Assembly (NCBI RefSeq): GCF_001194135.2
Contig: NC_068985.1
Location: 42,794,182 to 42,858,181 of the forward strand
Reading direction: 5' to 3'
Origin: Octopus bimaculoides
Taxonomy: Eukaryota
Length of the DNA stretch: 64,000 bases
The notes under the pieces are model-generated. The model ran no database searches, was not told the DNA's origin, and saw only the letters and a program-made list of their open reading frames with translations. Position numbers and translations under genes: made by a program. Below are positions 46,171 through 59,193 of the stretch, one piece after another; the stretch's first letter is position 1; every line of letters begins with the position of its first letter.

Positions 46171-47924
46171 TGAAGTAGGTTTAGTCAGAGGTCGAGAAGC
46201 AATGTTCATGACTATTTTTAGGTTCTTCAAGATTAATGGGAGCAAGGGAGGTAATTTCTCTTAGATTTGAAACCTGATCTGAATGCTTGTAACTGAGTGA
46301 ACCCCACTAATAGCACTTGATGACCAGGTGCTGCTCTACCTTCCCCAACACAAAAAGTATCCCTTCTACAAGTTTTTAAACAGTTTTCATGAACTGAATT
46401 TCATTTACAAAACGAAAGCACTTGTTCAATGCATTACATAGTGAGATTGAACCTCAATTCAAATAGTTGTAAACTAAATGCAGTGCAGAAAGAATAATAA
46501 TTTGGGGGGTGGGGGTGAGAAAGAGATTTAACTGACTTTGTAACAAGCTAATAATACATTGGCACAAATCAGAATGTTGTCAGGAAGATACAGGAATGGA
46601 TAAATTTAGCAGCTTGTGACAAAGTAACAGTCACATTCAAAATGAAATCAATAAAAATTACTCTTGTAAGTATTACTACTCACTTATTTGTGAAACATAT
46701 TAAATAATTATAAGACAAGCACAATTAATATCAATTTCCTAGAACAGTATTTTCAAGATTTATCAGACGTAGAAGCTAAACTCAAAGCAAGCTCTGCAAG
46801 TGGTTAACTGTTTTTTCTTTTGTAATTTTGAATTGAGCAACTCTATCTTCAGAATTCATTTGTATATCTGCTAGATACAGAAAACAATTACATTTGACTA
46901 AATATCTCTCAAATTAGAGCTTGAACTTATAAAAAAAAAGAAAGAGAGAGAGGGATGATAAAAATGTTTTACGTAGAATCAGTTGACATTTCATCTGACA
47001 TCTCTAGGAAAGGAGTCCTATTTGTTAGGTTCTCTTATACCAGAAGATAATTAGAGGGGAAAGTTTCAGGCAAGTTTCCCTTCACCATTTTCATGTCTAC
47101 ACAAGAAGATAGGTTATGTTTCGCAATAGGGAGGTTAAAGCAGCAAGTGGAGAGAATTAGTTTTGAAACCTAATCCAGAACTTTCAGCAGTCTCTCTAAT
47201 GGCTTCAGAATAATTTCTTCTCATCTATTCAGCTTTATACAAAGTGACTTGCTGAGCTGGAGTGTAAGTAATTGTGGGTTTAGTTAATACATGCCATATT
47301 GAAGATGTTAACATAGATAAACTCTCTCCTCCATTTTGAAATAAGATATTGCTGACTAAACAAGGACCATTTACAACTAAAGAATATAGTTATTAAGGGG
47401 GGAAAAATCTAATTAATTAATTAAATAGAATTAACAAGTAAAATGTTTAAATAAAGTTATTTTTGTCTTCTTTCTGTGTAAAATACTACATTTTAAATGT
47501 TTAAAATCATCTTGTAAAATGATAAAATATAACATATTTGATTGATAAAGATTACTGAGAAAGAAGGAAAGCAGAATATAGTGATGATGGCAAAAATATA
47601 GGGGTTGTAGGGGTTGTCTTTATAGGGAAAGGGATTGTTATAGTTATGGTAATAGTTATGATGATGATGGTTATGACAGTGCTGGTGATGATGATTTCCT
47701 GTGGTAGAAATATAACCAATTTAACTGTTGTATGAGAATAATTACATGGAAGAAATACAAGATGAAATTAATCTAATTCACACAGACACACACATGTGTA
47801 TGTATCCACACATTATATCTAAGAATGTACATATATGCACACACACACACGAGTATGTATCCACACATTATATATAAGAATGTACATGTGTGTGTGTGCG
47901 TTTGTGTGTGAATAATTATACATA

Positions 47925-48172
47925 TACAGGTTGGTGCAAAAGTAGATATACAGTTATGAAAAAAGAAACCATGTATAATACTTATTTTTATCAAAAAAAT
48001 TAAAAGTTACAATGAAAGTATTATTATAGTTATGATAAATGTATTATTATGATTAATGACACTGAAAATATCAAAAATGATGCTAACTAATTTAATGTGC
48101 TAATAAATTTAATGAATGAAGTATTATAACATTGATGTGATATTTACTGTATACCTACTTTTGCACCCCATT
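47925..48172. mobile_element. mariner-type MITE
   Basis: left ta-caggttggtgcaaaagtagatatacag, right ctgtatacctacttttgcacc. Confidence 0.75.
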
Positions 48173-48495
48173 ATAACTGACACCCTGTTATGATGACAAA
48201 GGTTCCAGTTGATCCAATCAATGGAACAGCCTGCTCCTGCAATTAACGTGCATGTGGCTGAGTACTCCACAGACACATGCACCCTTAACGTAGTCCTCAG
48301 GGAGATTCTGTATGACACAGAGTGTGACAAGGCTGGCCCTTTGAAATACAGGTACAACTCATTTTTGCTAGCTGAGTGGATGGAGCGATGTGAAATAAAG
48401 TGTCTTGCTCAAGAACACAACGCATCACCGGGAATTGAACTTGCAACCTTGTGACTGTGAGCTGAATACCCTAACCACTAAGCCATGTGTTTTCA
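48172..48495 (-). mobile_element. SINE family D (tRNA-like head ...agtggttagggtattcagctcac...)
   Basis: related copies at about 12885-13152(-), 35150-35300(-) and 41895-42220(+, same head, different body). Confidence 0.75.
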
Positions 48496-49429
48496 CTGTG
48501 TGCATAATTATATAAACAGCATATAGGTGTGAAGTGTTTGTATAGATATGTGCATCTGCGTTTTTGTTTGCACTTCTCTGTGTGCGTGTATGTATGTGAA
48601 AAGGTGTAATGTTTGAAGGAATTCAATGAAAATATTTTAAGAGATTTTAGTATAAACTACAGTATTCATTGGGTAATATTGCAAACTACTGCTCTCTTTT
48701 AGTTGCTCCTTACAACACACAACCATATAGTATACTTATTGTACCTAGGAATCAATAGTGATTGATAAATAAGTACTGGTGTCTATATGATTGACGAAAT
48801 ATCCTTGAAGGCAGTGCCCCAGTATGGCTGTAGTCCATCATCAAGGCAACTCAGTTTGTTGCAATTCAGGGAAGAGTGAACAGAATAATAAACTTTTACT
48901 AAGACTCAGGTTGAACTCGTATCCTTTTGAATCAATCACTGAGTAATTTGATCCCTTGGCCTCTCAACTATTTAAAAGTATTTAAATTATTTTTTTATAC
49001 AATTCCCACACACCAAAAAATTCATAGGAATAACTTCTAGCAATTCTTATAAGTGAGGAAATATCATCCAATTGTATAACAACTTTGAACATAAAGAAGC
49101 TTGACCGTCAAGAAATAGCAGGTAATCAACCCTCAAATCACATTAAAAATTGTCAGATGTAGTGGATAATGAAGTGCAAAGATATATGTATGAAAAGACA
49201 AACAGAATGGTTATAGTTAAAACATCTTTGATCATAGATCTATTTGATTAGGGTTAACCTAGGGCTAAACAACAACAACAATTGATTCTAGAACTGCTGG
49301 ATCAGGGTGATCTGGAGCTAGATAAAAACAACACAATTTAATCCTGCTAGCAAATCCTATATGGTTCTCCCCCACCTCCCAATGAACATGATCATCATCT
49401 AGGGAGACAGCTGAAACAATGGGATATCT

Positions 49430-49930
49430 TTTGTCAATGGTAAATCTTTCATCAATACTTTTAGTCAGTGGTACTTTAGCCAATGGTGACTCTTTAGTCA
49501 AAATACCTTTAGTCAATGGTAAATCTTTTGTCAATACCTTTTAGTCAGTAATACTTTAGGCAATGNNNNNNNNNNTGGTGACTCTTTAGTCAAAATACCT
49601 TTAGTCAATGGTAAATCTTTTGTCAATACCTTTTAGTCAGTAATACTTTAGGCAATGGTAAATCTTTAGCCAATGATAAGTTTTTGGTTTCTGATTGAAA
49701 TCAGTTAATGTAAGCATGGTTGTGCAGTTAAAAAGTTACTGCTGCAATTGTATGGTGTCAGGTTCAATACCACAGTATGTGGCACCTTAGGTAAGGGCTT
49801 CCTACCATAATCTCATGTCATCCAATGTTGTTTGAGTGGAATCTTTTGTCAATACCTTTTAGTCAATGATATCTTTAATCAATACCTTTTAGTTAGAAAA
49901 ATACTTTAGCCAATGGTAAATTTTTAGTGA
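49430..49930 (+). repeat. degenerate minisatellite (core cttttagtcaatggta), interrupted by a gap and a SINE fragment
   Basis: recurrent tttagtcaat. Confidence 0.8.
49566..49575. other. 10-N assembly gap with duplicated flanks
   Basis: N run; an ~80-bp sequence is repeated on both sides. Confidence 1.
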
Positions 49931-50309
49931 ATATCTGCTGCTTGGTATCTAAACTACATCAGTTACATGCTTTTTTGTTTTCGAAAAAGAGATAAACATC
50001 ACAACTTCTCCATTCCTTTCCTCCTCTTATCTCTTATCTTGTTTCTAATTTAAAACAACAATCAACATTACCCTGCTTGTTTTTAAACTTCTTAACTAAT
50101 CACCAGAATTTTCTGCCATTATACTGCTCTCTCTCTCTCTCTCTCTCTTCCCATCCCTCACACATGGAACCAACCACACCTTTACCTACACCCACATTAA
50201 ATAAATAACATAAAGAGAATTACTAATAAGTGCTTATATAAACATATACATGCAAATTTATCTTATTTTGTTCTTTCCATAAATATAATATTTCAAACTA
50301 ATAAAGACA

Positions 50310-50400
50310 GCAATAACAATAGCAGCAACATCATCAGCAACAGCAGCAGCAACATCATCATCTTCAACAACAGCAGCAGCAACCCCCATCAACAACACAG
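50310..50400 (+). repeat. mixed (CAG/CAA/CAT)n trinucleotide tract
   Basis: direct reading. Confidence 0.85.
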
Positions 50401-50984
50401 CAGTGTTCCAGGCAGGGTTTATCCATTCATTTATTTATTTATCATTCCTGCTTGCTTCAAAGATTCCACATCAAATAATCTGCACTCACAGATAGGCAGT
50501 ATCCCCCTAGTTAGCAGCTCATACAGGTTTCCACACCTGCGTTATCCCATCCCCTTCTGAAAATGTTCTTTAATCTTTGTAAGATCCGCTTAAATGGAAA
50601 CACTGTGTAGTTTAAAATTACAGGAACGGGTTAACATGTTAACAGCAACAAACCACAGATCTTGTTACAGAGATTAAAAAAATAACAACTGTAAGGGTTT
50701 TTTTTTGGTTTTTTTGGTTTTTTGACATATCAGACATGAGCAATGTATGTCCATGTTGTACATGGGGTAAGGGAGCTAAAATAACAGAAGAGAGAGAGGC
50801 ACAGATAGGTAGACAGACAGATGAGAAAAGATAGAGAAAGTGAAATAGCAAGAGACAGGGGACAGATAGTAAGAAAAGGAAGAAATAGTAGGAGATAGCA
50901 AGAAAGGGAGAGGAACAGCAAAAGCGTGAAGGATATGTTATAAATTGGAAGTTTATTTTCAGCAGGAACTGTGAAAACAGAATC

Positions 50985-51300
50985 AACAAGCGCACTCAGA
51001 GAGCGCAAACCTTTGCCAAGGCAACACCAACGTCCTCTCAATGATTAGCTAGAGATGATTTTTAAAATGAGAATATCTGAAATAAACTCAACTGTTCTCA
51101 CAAACTAATACTGAACCCAACTGCTCTCAAAAATTAAGTAAAAAAAACAGGAAAAATAATCCAGAATCCTTGTCCAGTACCAGATTGATCCCAAAATCTA
51201 ATCAGTTCATGCCAGTCATGAAGCCAAACAACTCTGAAAGTTTCATCTGAGATAGCTTGTCCATGGACAAACAAACAAACATGACTGAAAACAATACTCC
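50985..51300 (-). mobile_element. Helentron/HINE-like element, second copy
   Basis: reverse-complement match to 14332-14683. Confidence 0.55.
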
Positions 51301-52654
51301 AATACTCTAAGAATCAGTGAATGTATAGAGATGAAGTGGTGTCAAATGACAGTAAGGAGGTCTGAAGAGGGCCATTCCATTGGGCAAGGCCTGAAAAACA
51401 AAAGGTAAGTTTTCTGGATTTAAGAAACAGTTTTCGGTTTCTGATTGAAATCAGTTGATGTAGGCATGGTTGTGCAGTTAAAAAGTTACTGCTGCAATTG
51501 TGTGGTATCAGGTTCAATACCACAGGGTGTGGCACCTTAGGTAAGGGCTTCCTACCATAACCTCATGTCACCCAATGCTGTTTGGGTGGAATTTGGTAGA
51601 CAGAAACTGTATGGAAGTTTGTCAGAGTGCCCATACTTTATTCTTGGGTAGTAGATTTACTCTGTCACCAAGTTTAACACCATCACCTGGTCCATTCTGT
51701 TGTAAACATTTAGGCCACATCTTTGGTCTGAGGATAGCTTTCCTCCCACCCATGTCTCAAAAAGTAGCCATAGCACAGTATGGTGTTGTTTGAGGAAGAT
51801 TATCAAAGACAGTCCAGCTGTGATCTTTCCGCTTTTATTTAGAGAAATGGCATTAATAATCCTTTCTATTAGAAACACAAGGCCTGAAATTGTATGGGAA
51901 GGGGCTAGTCATTTACATTGATCTCAGTACTTTACTGGTACATATTTTATCGACCCCAAGAAGGTGAAAGGCAAAGTCAACCTTGGCAGAATTCAAACTC
52001 AGAACACAAAAATGGAAGAAACACTGCTATGCATTTTGTCCAATGCAGTAACATTTCTGTCAGCTTAATACCTTATAAATGTCATTGATAATATAATTCA
52101 TTCGGGACATCATCCTTAGTGGCGAAAAAATCTTCTCTATTTACATTTCTTTTTCAGTCAATTAAGATGTGAATGAAGAAGCTTTATTTGTAAACTAAAC
52201 ATAATAATGTTCTGAGTTCAAGTCTAATTGCGGGATTATGTAAACAGCTAGAAATAAGACACATAAAGATGATAAGAGATTAACCAATTGTAAATATACA
52301 ACTTAAAGACAAGCTTTGACAGTGCAGATATAAGTTAACATCTTATTAATATTTTGTTTCAATTAGAAGCATAATAGTTTTTCTGCAGCTTATCATCCAA
52401 TGTGTCCTTTGATTTAAGACAGTAAAACGTGATTTGAGAGAGATTTCTTTTTTGTTTTTACCTCATAATCAGGGAGGAAAAGGCAATACCTATGACCTTT
52501 AATTTTTCAGAGCCTCTGTGGGACGTATGATTCAGGGACAAAGTTATCTGCAAGCTAGAGACCTGCCTCAAAAACTTGCAGCAGAGTGAACTACACTAAA
52601 CCCACCCAAACACCACCAACAATAACTGAGAAGCAAAGAGCCAGTACAAATATT

Positions 52655-52872
52655 CTTTTCTACTCTAGGCACAAGGCCTAAAAACTTTGGGGGAGGGGGG
52701 GCAGTTGATTAGATCGACCCCAATATGTAACTGGTACTTAATTTATTGACCCCCAAAAGGATGACAGGCAAAGTTTACTTCAGCAGAATTTGAACTCAGA
52801 ACCTAAAGACAGATGAAATACCACTAAGCATATCACCCGGTGTGCTAACATTTCTACCAGCTCACCACCTTA
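52655..52872 (-). mobile_element. SINE family C copy
   Basis: reverse-complement match to 32010-32280 including the 3' end ttttctactctaggcacaaggcc. Confidence 0.8.
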
Positions 52873-54832
52873 GCCAATACAAATATTAGAAGATATTGGT
52901 TGTGGTTAAGAAGCTTGCTTCCCAACAAAGTGGCCTTGGATTCAGTTCTACTGCACAGCACCACCTTGGACAAGTGTCTTTTCCCTTTGCCCCAGGGCAA
53001 CCAAAGCCTTGTGAGTGGATTTAGTAGGCGGAAACTGAAAGAATCCTGCCATGGCTATGATGTAAGAAGTTTTCTTCCCAACCACACAGTTCCAGGTTCA
53101 GTTACATTGTGTGGTATTTTCTACTACAGTCCCAGGCCAATCAAAAGCCTTGTGTAGATTTAGTAGACAGAAACTGAAAGAAGCTTGTGTGTGCCCATGT
53201 TTTGTTATCACTGTCTCCATGTCTTGATACCATGTGATTGTTGTAAGTGAGCATCACCATCAATATTCTGTGTAAACATGTCTAGTCATGAAAAAATATT
53301 GCTTTGCTTGGAAAGTGGTGAGGGTTAGTGACAGGAAGGGAACCTGGTCGTAGAAAAATCTACCTCAATAAACTTAGAAAAGCAGATGTTAAATGATGAT
53401 GATGATTTAACAATTCTATTCATCTATGACTCTGGATTGATATTTCATTTATTGATCCTGAAAGCATGTAAGACAAAGTTGACCATAAGAGTTTTGAACT
53501 CAGAATGCGAAGAGGCAAAACAAATACAGCATGGAGTTTTGTCCCATGTTTTAGCATCTCTGTCAAGTCACTGCCTGTTTGGCTGTTGTTTCTAGCTGGT
53601 TATGTCACTATGTAGAGGCCCCCTTTATATCATCGCCCTATATGATCACTAATCAGACCTAATTGAATACATCTATGATCAACCATTTTCCAATTGTGAC
53701 CAAGCCATCTTGTATCCCCAAAACAGTGTATCTAGAGATACATTATCCAATGTTTCCTTCCTGTTTTGAAGACAGTATTGAGCGATTTAAGGGCTAATTG
53801 ACAACTTTTTCTAGCAGACCAAGCAATTATGTAGATGCTACTGCATTGGTTTGTAGGTGAAGATGTTGAGCATCAGGTCAACCTTGATTAAGCAAACCTG
53901 CGAACAAAGGTGCTCCAACCATGATCACCCTGTCTTTTTAGGATAATAGTCCTTTTTAGGATTATATTTTCCAATGTTTCCTTTATTAAAGACAGTTGGA
54001 TGTTATTTGGCTGATATTTCTAGCAAACAACCATATACTGTCTTTCTTGTTGGCTTGTAACTAAAGCAGTTGATACATTAGACATGATCAAAATAGTTAA
54101 AAAGAACAAAAGTCCAGTCCATTTGACATTCAAAAAATGACCATCACTGCTTCATGATTTCACTATTGTTGTTGTATCAGTTACATAGCTAAATTCTGTC
54201 TACTTCAGCTAATATGTCCTTGTACATGTCTGAACATTAAGGGACATCTCAACTCCCTGATACAACATACTGTTCTGTTCTCATGTCCCTTACACTTTTA
54301 CAAGATCCCATGTGAAGCTAGCCTTAAGGTCCTCCTTGCCACATGGTGACAGTAACAACTCCACATAATTCAATTGTGATGGGTGTGTACTAAAAATACA
54401 TGTTAAACTAACATTGTCACTTGTCATGCCTCACCAACTGATGGACGGAAAACCTTCCTCTAAGCAAATATATCTCACTCTCCCTCCACACCATTTTCTA
54501 GTAGCAGCAGTGTTTACATTGGAACATCACAGGTTGTATGAGTGTGTGTATGTGTGTGTGTAGAGAGAGAGATACAAATATAAATATATACAAACATATA
54601 CACACACACACACGTGTATGTGTGTATGAGTGTTTTTGTGTAAGTATTTTGTGTATAAATGTCTCATATATTAAGTGTAGGTTAGTATGTGTCTGTGGGG
54701 TGTGAGTGAGAGAGAAAAGAAAATGGTTATACATCACAGGTTGTGTGTGTTTTAGCATGTGAATGGGTGTGTAAGAGTTTGAATTTTAGTGTATGCATGA
54801 GTGCAAGTTTTATATGAGTGAATATAAGCATA

Positions 54833-54894
<62 letters not shown>

Positions 54895-56167
54895 TATGCA
54901 TGTATGTTAGTGCACTTATATGGAGATGAAATAAGGCATGGGAATAAGGAAATGCTATGAAATGAACTAAATACTAATTAATAACAACATATAAATATAT
55001 GTGACAGTATTTGGAAGGATATATGGAAGAATACATGCCATTGGGTACATAGAGGATGTATCACACATACACACACACACATACATGTATGCACACAGAA
55101 GTAATATGTACATGTGTGTGAGTGTATGTACATGTGTATCTATATATATATATGCATAAGAATATATTATATGTATCATATGTAAATGTGTGTGTGTAAG
55201 TAGTTTAAAATCAAATAGCATTATTAATCATTAGAGATTATAGTAGCCTGTCTAAATAGTCCCTTAGGGATGTTTTTGCCTGCTTGTCTGTCTCTCTCAC
55301 CCTCACATTGTCTCTAACTTTCTGTCTGTCTGTCTGTCTGTCTCTCTCTATTATATATAGATATATATATACACACGCATATATATATAACACACACACA
55401 CACACACATATATATATGTGTGTGTGTAGGCATCTCTCTGTCTCTCAAGAGAAATAACTTTCTTAGGATGGAAAAGAATGGAGATTGAAGTTAGTTTGAT
55501 ACAGAAAATTATTTAGTTATTTTATTTGAGAGAAGATAGGAATGGATAATTTTTGGAGGCAGAAAATTGTGTGTGTGAGTGTGTGTGTGCGTGTGTGAGA
55601 GAGAGCGAGAGAATGTAGTGAACCTTCATAATAACCTGAAATGGAATCATTTAAGGACAGAGTAAAGAAGTTCATGTAATATAATTCTATAAGACCAAAG
55701 AATGTAACTGAAATATTAAACATTCAACAAAGATTCTCCAATGAAATTATTTTCGTCTCTCAATGGAGAAATATTTGATATGATAGTCAGTTTTTCTTTT
55801 TTAATTAGAATGTATTTTAATATTTTATAAAATAAGATATTTTGATGTTGCTTTTAGACCAAAGTCAGACTTGATCAAGCAGATCATATAAATCAAAGAT
55901 GTTCCAGCTGCGAACATCTTACTTTTTATAACTACTACATTCTTCAATGTTGTCTCTTTTTTCTTTTTTTTTTTTTTAAGATGACAGGATGTGATATGAG
56001 GAAAATTTGGTTGTTATTTCCAACAGGTTGAGTAACTGTACAGATGGTCCCTCATTGGCTTGTAAAAGGTTAGTTTGCAAGAGATAAGAAGTGAGTTTTA
56101 ATGATTCAGGGAGCAGGGCCACTAGTGTATTCTTAGGTATTATGTTACATTATACTCAAGTAAGAAG

Positions 56168-56340
56168 AACAGAACAGAAGATCATTTTGGAAGAGCAGAA
56201 GATCATTCTAGAAGAGCAGAAGATCTTTCTAGAAGAACAGATCATTCTAGGAGAACAGAAGATCATTCTAGAAGAGCAGAAAATCATTCTAGAAGAGCAG
56301 AAGATCATTCTAAAAGAGCAGAAGATCATTCTGGAATAAC
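56168..56340 (+). repeat. 21-bp minisatellite, ~8 units
   Basis: agaagagcagaagatcattct repeated. Confidence 0.95.
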
Positions 56341-56937
56341 AGTAGCTAATCATAAGAGAGAAGTAGATCACTATAAGATTACTCTTAGGCCATCTAAAGT
56401 AAATGCCTTGTCAAGGATTGATATATATAATCCTGAAGAAGAAATCTTTAGAAAACAATTTCAGTCACAGAATGGTGCAAAAATATCTAAAGAAAAGCCA
56501 GCAGTGTTGAAGTACACAGTGTGCAAAATGTTTGAAGTTGGGTGTTGTTCCTGAAAATTGGAGTTACAGAAAGATCTTTCTTTAAGATAAGTAACAGTTG
56601 TAGTTTTCTATTATTACACATAACTGATGCTTTTAATGCAAACAGAGTTATTTACACAAATAACTGCCACCCAACCATCTTTTTTTTATATTGTGAATGC
56701 CAAAGAAACATTACTGACATTGTTGAAGTAAAGATAAATACTTCAGTAATAAAAAAAAAAAAAAACATTTGTAAAATATTTATAATCAGAGATAACAGAA
56801 TCAGTGAATGTTGAAATAGTAACAAAGTGAAAGGTAGCTAATAAGCTTGAATAAGTTGCCACTCTAGGTAACAGTGGTTAACTTATTAAAAACAATCAAA
56901 ATTTACAAATTTTGTGATTAATAAATAATTTCACATA

Positions 56938-57096
56938 GGTGCAGGAATGGCTGTGTGGTTAGGAAGCTCTGTTTGCAATCACATGGTTTTGGGTTCAGTC
57001 TCACTGTGCAACACCTAGAGCAGGTGTCTTCTGCTATAGCCCTGAGCCAACCAATACCTTGTGAGTGAATATGGTAGATGGAAATTATGTGGAAGC

Positions 57097-57171
<75 letters not shown>

Positions 57172-57365
57172 TGTCTGCTCCACCTTCAGCACTTGACCAG
57201 TGTTGGTTTGTTTATATCTCCATTGCTTAGTAGTTTGGCAAAAGAGACTGATAGAATAAGTACCAGACTTATAAATAAACACTGGGATCGATTTGTTTGA
57301 CTAAACCATTCAAGGTGGTGCCCCAGCATGGCCACAATACCAGGACTGAATCAGATAAAAGATAA
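56938..57365 (+). mobile_element. SINE family B copy with expanded (TG)n
   Basis: head ggtgcaggaatggctgtgtggttaggaagc and tail match family B. Confidence 0.8.
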
Positions 57366-57607
57366 TGCCAGATTGTCATGCTCTCCTGAAGATATACTCC
57401 ATCCATACCAACACATGAAATAAGTGAAGATAACAAATGATGGAGATGATGCTCAAAGATTTGTTAAATTTATTTTTCAGTGAGTATATAAGTAGCCATC
57501 TACGTATCATACTTAATGTACAGACATCACCAACAATCAAGTTATTGCAGTTTTCTAGCAAGAAAATATCTTATGGATGTGCTGATTTTAGAAATACAAT
57601 ATATATC

Positions 57608-57679
<72 letters not shown>

Positions 57680-58536
57680 AAAATCATCTCAAAAGTAGCA
57701 ATTAAGAATGCCAGCTATTTATTGAATACAGTAGATGCTGATTTACAATGAGAATAACAAAACTGGAATTATTTCCATACAGTAACTATGTATTTACAAA
57801 GTCAATCTATGGTCTAGTAGTATACTTAGGATCATGATCCACTGAGGAGGTCTAATGAGACTGAAACAGGTCCCTGAGTTGCAGCACAAAGTAACAAATT
57901 CCATTTTCAACCACAATGTTGTGAAGCAAACTTCTTAATTACAGTCTTGGCATCACCTCTACAACAAAACAGGAAGTGGTAACATTTTTCAATATTATAC
58001 ACCATTTGTTACAATATTTCCAGAATTTTCAACTTTAATATGTACCTCACATCAATACAGCAACTACAAACTGGATTGTAATTCTGGAATAAGCAGATGT
58101 GTTTCAAGAAGACACAGCTGGAATTTTACCCAACCTACATTATATATATATCATCATCATTATCATCATTGCTTATATGCTTATACACGCACACCACACA
58201 TTTTACATACTTATGCATTCGCAGGAATAAGGAATTTTAAGTGTTTTCAGTTGAACTTTTTTGTAATGTTTCTAATAATGAAGAAATAATTTAGAAACCA
58301 GAAATTGTAATTAAAAATCAAATTAGGATGCAGTATAAATGTGAAACTCAAGTTTCACATTATACTGCAAAAAATGCTCAAATTTTTAAAAGCCAAATTT
58401 GATTTTGTTTCCCTTTCATATTTCACCTTCTTTCCGGCTCAAAAGATAATATTTTAGTTTTACCAATTTGGAATATAAAAAGATAACAATTGGTATCAAA
58501 ATCTTAACCTGTGTGTGTGTGTGTGTGTGTGTGTGT

Positions 58537-59161
58537 NNNNNNNNNNNNNNNNNNNNNNNNNNNNNNNNNNNNNNNNNNNNNNNNNNNNNNNNNNNNNNNN
58601 NNNNNNNNNNNNNNNNNNNNNNNNNNNNNNNNNNNNNNNNNNNNNNNNNNNNNNNNNNNNNNNNNNNNNNNNNNNNNNNNNNNNNNNNNNNNNNNNNNNN
58701 NNNNNNNNNNNNNNNNNNNNNNNNNNNNNNNNNNNNNNNNNNNNNNNNNNNNNNNNNNNNNNNNNNNNNNNNNNNNNNNNNNNNNNNNNNNNNNNNNNNN
58801 NNNNNNNNNNNNNNNNNNNNNNNNNNNNNNNNNNNNNNNNNNNNNNNNNNNNNNNNNNNNNNNNNNNNNNNNNNNNNNNNNNNNNNNNNNNNNNNNNNNN
58901 NNNNNNNNNNNNNNNNNNNNNNNNNNNNNNNNNNNNNNNNNNNNNNNNNNNNNNNNNNNNNNNNNNNNNNNNNNNNNNNNNNNNNNNNNNNNNNNNNNNN
59001 NNNNNNNNNNNNNNNNNNNNNNNNNNNNNNNNNNNNNNNNNNNNNNNNNNNNNNNNNNNNNNNNNNNNNNNNNNNNNNNNNNNNNNNNNNNNNNNNNNNN
59101 NNNNNNNNNNNNNNNNNNNNNNNNNNNNNNNNNNNNNNNNNNNNNNNNNNNNNNNNNNNNN
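58537..59161. other. assembly gap flanked by (GT)n
   Basis: N run. Confidence 1.

Positions 59162-59193
<32 letters not shown>

Noticed and set aside
49484-49655. exact ~80-bp duplication
   Set aside because: It flanks a 10-N gap and is probably unmerged contig overlap.
52120-52145. minus-strand EDFF peptide as the missing BICC1 exon; also KDFFFR near 56430-56450
   Set aside because: No flanking GT donor in phase and no further similarity.
56091-56371. EQKIILE heptad ORF resembling a coiled coil
   Set aside because: Product of the 21-bp minisatellite; no supporting exon context.
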